This document shows, piece after piece, positions 60,301-64,000 of a stretch of 64,000 bases of DNA; the first letter of the stretch is position 1; each line of letters opens with the position of its first letter. A program made the position numbers and the translations under genes. This stretch comes from Eutreptiella sp. 'Long Island Sound 2002' (lineage: Eukaryota; Protista; Euglenida): the NCBI GenBank assembly GCA_964036045.1, contig OZ038379.1, forward strand, positions 24,490,001 to 24,554,000. Direction: 5' to 3'. Under the pieces are notes generated by a model, which was not told where the DNA came from, did no database searches, and saw nothing but the letters and a program-made list of their open reading frames with translations.

Positions 60301-61772
60301 CCCTAAGGGCTAAGGTCGATGTGGAACCCTACGGCTCTAGTGACCTGGGAGGAGATCCTTCTAACGATGAACCCCCATCTATGACTTCTGCTTCGCCCTC
60401 CGAGGACGATGACCCTGAGGACCATGAGAACACGAGCGGGAAGAAGAAGAAGAGGAAGGGGAAGACCAAGCGCCCTGATGAACGCAGGTCCCAGGAGGCT
60501 AAGGCAATAGCCACCTCCAAGATCGTGGTGAACCTGCCAGAGTTCACTAGGAAGGACCTTAGCAAGTTGGCTGAAATCTTTGGCCGGTTCCTGAGGATGA
60601 CCGGCCAAACCCGTGCCAGTAGGCGAGTGAAGTGCGATCTGCTCGTGCAGTGCTGCAAGACCAAGTACCTGGAGAAGCAGGTCAAGCAGATCGTGACAAA
60701 GTCCGCCACCTCCGCCAACGTGTTGGTTGCCTTGGAGCGGCAGTACCCGACCTACGAGACCAACCTCTCCATCAGGGCCGAGTTCCAGAACCTGGTTGTG
60801 CTGCCCAACAATCCCAAGCCTGCTAGGATCTCCGAGCTGCTGGCCGACCTGGACCACTGGGTAGGGCGACTGACGCCCCGTTCCTACGGCAACGACGAGC
60901 TGCTATTCTGGCTGGTGGCCAAGCTTCCACGAGAACTGTGGGATGAATGCCGGGCAACGGCAAGGCGCAAGGCAAGAGTCCTCAACTACGAGGACCTGTA
61001 TGAACTACTTTTGGAGCTGGCGCTGGGGAAAAAAAACGACCGGCACCTGAACGCCTACCGTCCTGGAGGAGGCGGCTCTGGGAGCCAAGGCCATGGGTAC
61101 CAAGCACACCGACCAGGACATGGGACTAGCCCCAAAAATGCTACTATCATGAGCAATGTCCAAGACCTCTTCTGGTGTGATGCCAGAGATGAGCAGGTTT
61201 TCCTGCTTCACGCCCCTGATTGCGACCGGCGGGACTGCTTCGTGGTCCAGGGGAAGAAGCGGGAGACCAACACCGGCAGCAAGGCGAAGCTGCCGGACCA
61301 CTACAGGTGTACAATCACCTGTGCGTTCTATGGGAAGAGGAAGCACTACAAGGATGAGTGCTATCACAAGCAACGCCTATCGGCGAAGCTTAAGACCGAG
61401 AACGCCAGTGGCAAGGGCAGTGGCAAGGGCAACGTCAACAAGGACACTGGCTCAGGCAAGTCCAAGGGCAATGGCAAAGTGCAAGGTGGCAAAGGGAAAG
61501 GTGGACGAGGGGACTCTGACCGCAAGCCGGACAAGGGCAAGAACGCAAACCCGTCCGGAGGGAACCCCAATACTACGCCAGGGGGGAACTCTGAGCCCTC
61601 TGGTGGGCAACCAAACACGGGACCTATGACCCGTTCCCAGACGCAAGCCCAACAAGAACAAGGGACCAAGCGTGCTAACAAAGATGGGGACCAGTCTAAT
61701 GCCCGCAGGCGCTCCCGTTTCATGCGCATGGCGCAGAAATTCAAGAAGAAGGGGTTTGAAGCGGAATTCTGA
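60228..61772 (+). CDS. gag: Gypsy gag
   Basis: 514 aa; capsid-like LPEF..FGRFLRMTGQ region; knuckle CAFYGKRKHYKDEC (61320-61361, second Cys mutated to Tyr). Confidence 0.85.
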   Translation: MVAQSRLVSHHRWGRAELDLLGLTALRAKVDVEPYGSSDLGGDPSNDEPPSMTSASPSEDDDPEDHENTSGKKKKRKGKTKRPDERRSQEAKAIATSKIVVNLPEFTRKDLSKLAEIFGRFLRMTGQTRASRRVKCDLLVQCCKTKYLEKQVKQIVTKSATSANVLVALERQYPTYETNLSIRAEFQNLVVLPNNPKPARISELLADLDHWVGRLTPRSYGNDELLFWLVAKLPRELWDECRATARRKARVLNYEDLYELLLELALGKKNDRHLNAYRPGGGGSGSQGHGYQAHRPGHGTSPKNATIMSNVQDLFWCDARDEQVFLLHAPDCDRRDCFVVQGKKRETNTGSKAKLPDHYRCTITCAFYGKRKHYKDECYHKQRLSAKLKTENASGKGSGKGNVNKDTGSGKSKGNGKVQGGKGKGGRGDSDRKPDKGKNANPSGGNPNTTPGGNSEPSGGQPNTGPMTRSQTQAQQEQGTKRANKDGDQSNARRRSRFMRMAQKFKKKGFEAEF

Positions 61773-63010
61773 CAGGGACGCTCCGGGGGGCCTACAGACC
61801 TGGTGTTCTGGGTACGTATCCGTTTTGGGGGTCGTGAATACCGGGGGGTACTCGATCCTCGGGCCACTATATCTACTGTGGCCAAGAAAATGTTACCTTG
61901 TGGGGACCTGAAGAACATCTTGCCTACCGCAGCCATCCGCATGGGACATGGGCATGTGGTGCACAGTTGTGGGGACTGTGAGGTCGAAGTGCCTATGGGT
62001 TCTAGAAGCATTGCCCATCGGTTCTACGTGATGGACACCGAAGCCTTCGACTTTATACTGGGGACCGACTTCTTCGTCGAGCACTCCCAGGTTCTATCCC
62101 TCACCCTGCAAGCACCCTACATCCTGCAAGTGGACCATGGTGACGGCTGGGAATCTGTACCTTTGGAGCAGTCTGAGCACACGTCTAGCTACCTGAGGGT
62201 ATGCAAGAGGTCGCCCTCAACCATGATGGTCGCCTCCAAAACTGAGGACTATCAGCTCCTGGGGGATGTCCTAGACCAAGATCTGAAGCACTTCGGATAC
62301 TCCTGGGAAGACCTGAGTGTGGAGCTATTCGCCAGCGACAAGCAACATGTCCTGGACCTCCACTGCAGCAAGGGGAAAAATTGCTGCTATAAATTTTACT
62401 GGCCCTCTTTCGGGATGGCCCACGGGAACCCAAGATTCAGTGAACTGGGGAACGTCCTGACCAAGGTGGCCCTGGAACGTTCCCGTATGGTCCTGTGCTC
62501 CCCCGATTGGGGAGCCCATGGGGGAAATGAGTATTGGCGTACTCTCCTGAACAAGCTGACGCTCACCTCCATCCAGCTACCGGATGACACCATCTACGTG
62601 CCTCTGGGCCGCAAGACGCCCATCGGGAAACCTGGACGGGGGAGCATGCTAAGCGTGGTGGATGGAAGTCTAGCTCCAGTGCCCTGGGAAGATCTGGACC
62701 CTGCTATGGTCCAGGAAATTCAACGTGAGAGCAGCGGCTTCACCCTGGATGTCTTGAAGAATCAACTACGACCTCGAGACACCGTAGAGACTACTCCTGG
62801 GGGAGACGAGTACATCGTGTCTAAAACTGTTGCCCCCAACTCCCCCTGCCGTGTATCTAATCCTGATGTAGTCTCAGAGTGTGGGCTATGCGAGCTATTC
62901 AGCTCTATACACTCAGATGACGAGACTGAGCATGACGCCTTCTTCGTGCAGACGTGCGTGGAGGAAGTGGACACCGCCGAGTACGCTGCCCCATTGAAAC
63001 CCCCTACTCT
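61773..63010 (+). CDS. pol: Gypsy pol, 5' part: aspartic protease plus DNA adenine-methyltransferase-like domain
   Basis: VLDPRATIS (degenerate DTGA, Asp at 61854), FDFILGTDF; ELFAS...C...W....HGNPRFSELGNVLTKV....VLCSPDW.....YW. Confidence 0.85.
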
Positions 63011-63012
63011 CC

Positions 63013-64000
63013 ATGAGGGGAGAGGAGCCCCTGGACGAGGAGTTGGATCCCCGATCCAGGCTGAGAGAGTACGTGGACTCCAAGAAGAGATTTGTGGCGA
63101 AAAAGCTATGCTACGCTAGGCCTACCCGCCGCTCTTGGCCGTTGAAGCAAGGGTCTATGGGATATATCTCCCAACTGAAGGAGGACCTTGGACAGAAGAG
63201 TACCACCTGGCAACAAAAGGGGGATGTGAAGCTCCTGAAGAGCGTATGGGGTGCCCATGTGAGGACCCCAAAGGAGGATGAACTCTCAGAGGAATGCGTA
63301 TGCGAACGCCCTCGAGCGTGCCTATGTTTTCACTGACCACCTGAGACTGTGGAACGGGACCTTCTCTACGCCTATCAAGGACTGAAGGATACGACCAAGG
63401 ACGCTGAGCCGGTTGAGGATCACCTCCCCGCTTCTATACACCAAGGGGCCAGCAATCTACAGTCTGACGAGGACATGGAGGACAAGATCACACTTTTGGA
63501 CCCTAGAGTACAGAAGCTGATCAGGACGTACCTGGAGGTATTCCGAGAACTACCCCCTCCAGCCTCCTGTGACAAGCTGGTACAGATGGACCTCAAGCTG
63601 AAGCCCGAGTTCATGGGTCACAAGATACGTAGGAGATGCTATCTGGCTCCTAAAGAGGAGGCTGATGAGATAGAGCGACAGATACAAGAATGTATCGACG
63701 CTGGCCTGGTCTTGGAGTACAAGGATGGGGACTACCCCCAACATTGCAGCCCCTGTTTCCTGGTGGCTAAGCCTGGGTCTACAGCCACACGGCTGGTAGT
63801 GGACTATGCAGAGCTGAACAAGAGGACGTTGAACCACTCAGGGTCCATTCCTAACATGGAGTCAACCCTGGAGGAGATAGCCTCCTGCGGCTACAAGACT
63901 AAGATGGACAAGCGGAGTGGATTCTGGCCAGTGGACCTGACGCCCAACGCCCACGAACTCCTAGCCTTCATCACCCCTCAGGGGAGGGTGCTCAAGTGGA
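63013..64000 (+). pseudogene. pol: Gypsy pol continuation and reverse transcriptase (frameshift ~63000, TGA at 63334)
   Basis: SPCFLVAKPGS...RLVVDYAELNK, PNMESTLE, KMDKRSGFWPV, LAFITPQG. Confidence 0.92.

Larger units (their letters stand above)
59252..64000 (+). mobile_element. Degenerate Ty3/Gypsy LTR retrotransposon (runs off the window; LTR not located)
   Basis: gag, protease, MTase-like domain and RT in order on the + strand. Confidence 0.9.

Noticed and set aside
6851-63336. Alternative genetic code (TGA as sense), suggested by several in-frame TGA
   Set aside because: In-frame TAG stops and frameshifts also disrupt these ORFs; C-to-T decay or local readthrough explains them more simply.

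Overview
Eukaryotic (protist-like, possibly euglenozoan; this is inference), repeat-dense window with no recognisable intact host gene, rRNA, tRNA or CRISPR array. The main structure is a nest of mobile elements over 0.2-22 kb. A tyrosine-recombinase (YR) retroelement with gag-YR-RT/RH order (VIPER/TATE-like) has its YR gene split between 2130 and 20377 (8-bp duplication GTACCAAC; the frame is restored on joining). The interrupting sequence is a TIR-bounded, minisatellite-containing element with C-rich tracts. Into that a ~15.5 kb non-LTR retrotransposon (element A: ORF1, then APE-RT-RNaseH-CCHC) has inserted. Element A in turn carries a 5'-truncated L1-like element (B: RT, Zn finger, cellular-type RNase H1) and two copies of a 1.28 kb SINE-like element. 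The 22-59 kb region holds inverted satellite arrays, microsatellites, many fragments of a third non-LTR family (3' end with TAACCC motifs, Cys/His motif, tandem and inverted copies) and decayed DNA-transposase remnants. From 59 kb to the window end is a degenerate Ty3/Gypsy element whose pol carries a DNA adenine-methyltransferase-like domain between protease and RT; this is the most unusual feature. All domain calls are by eye from motifs; no database searches were run.
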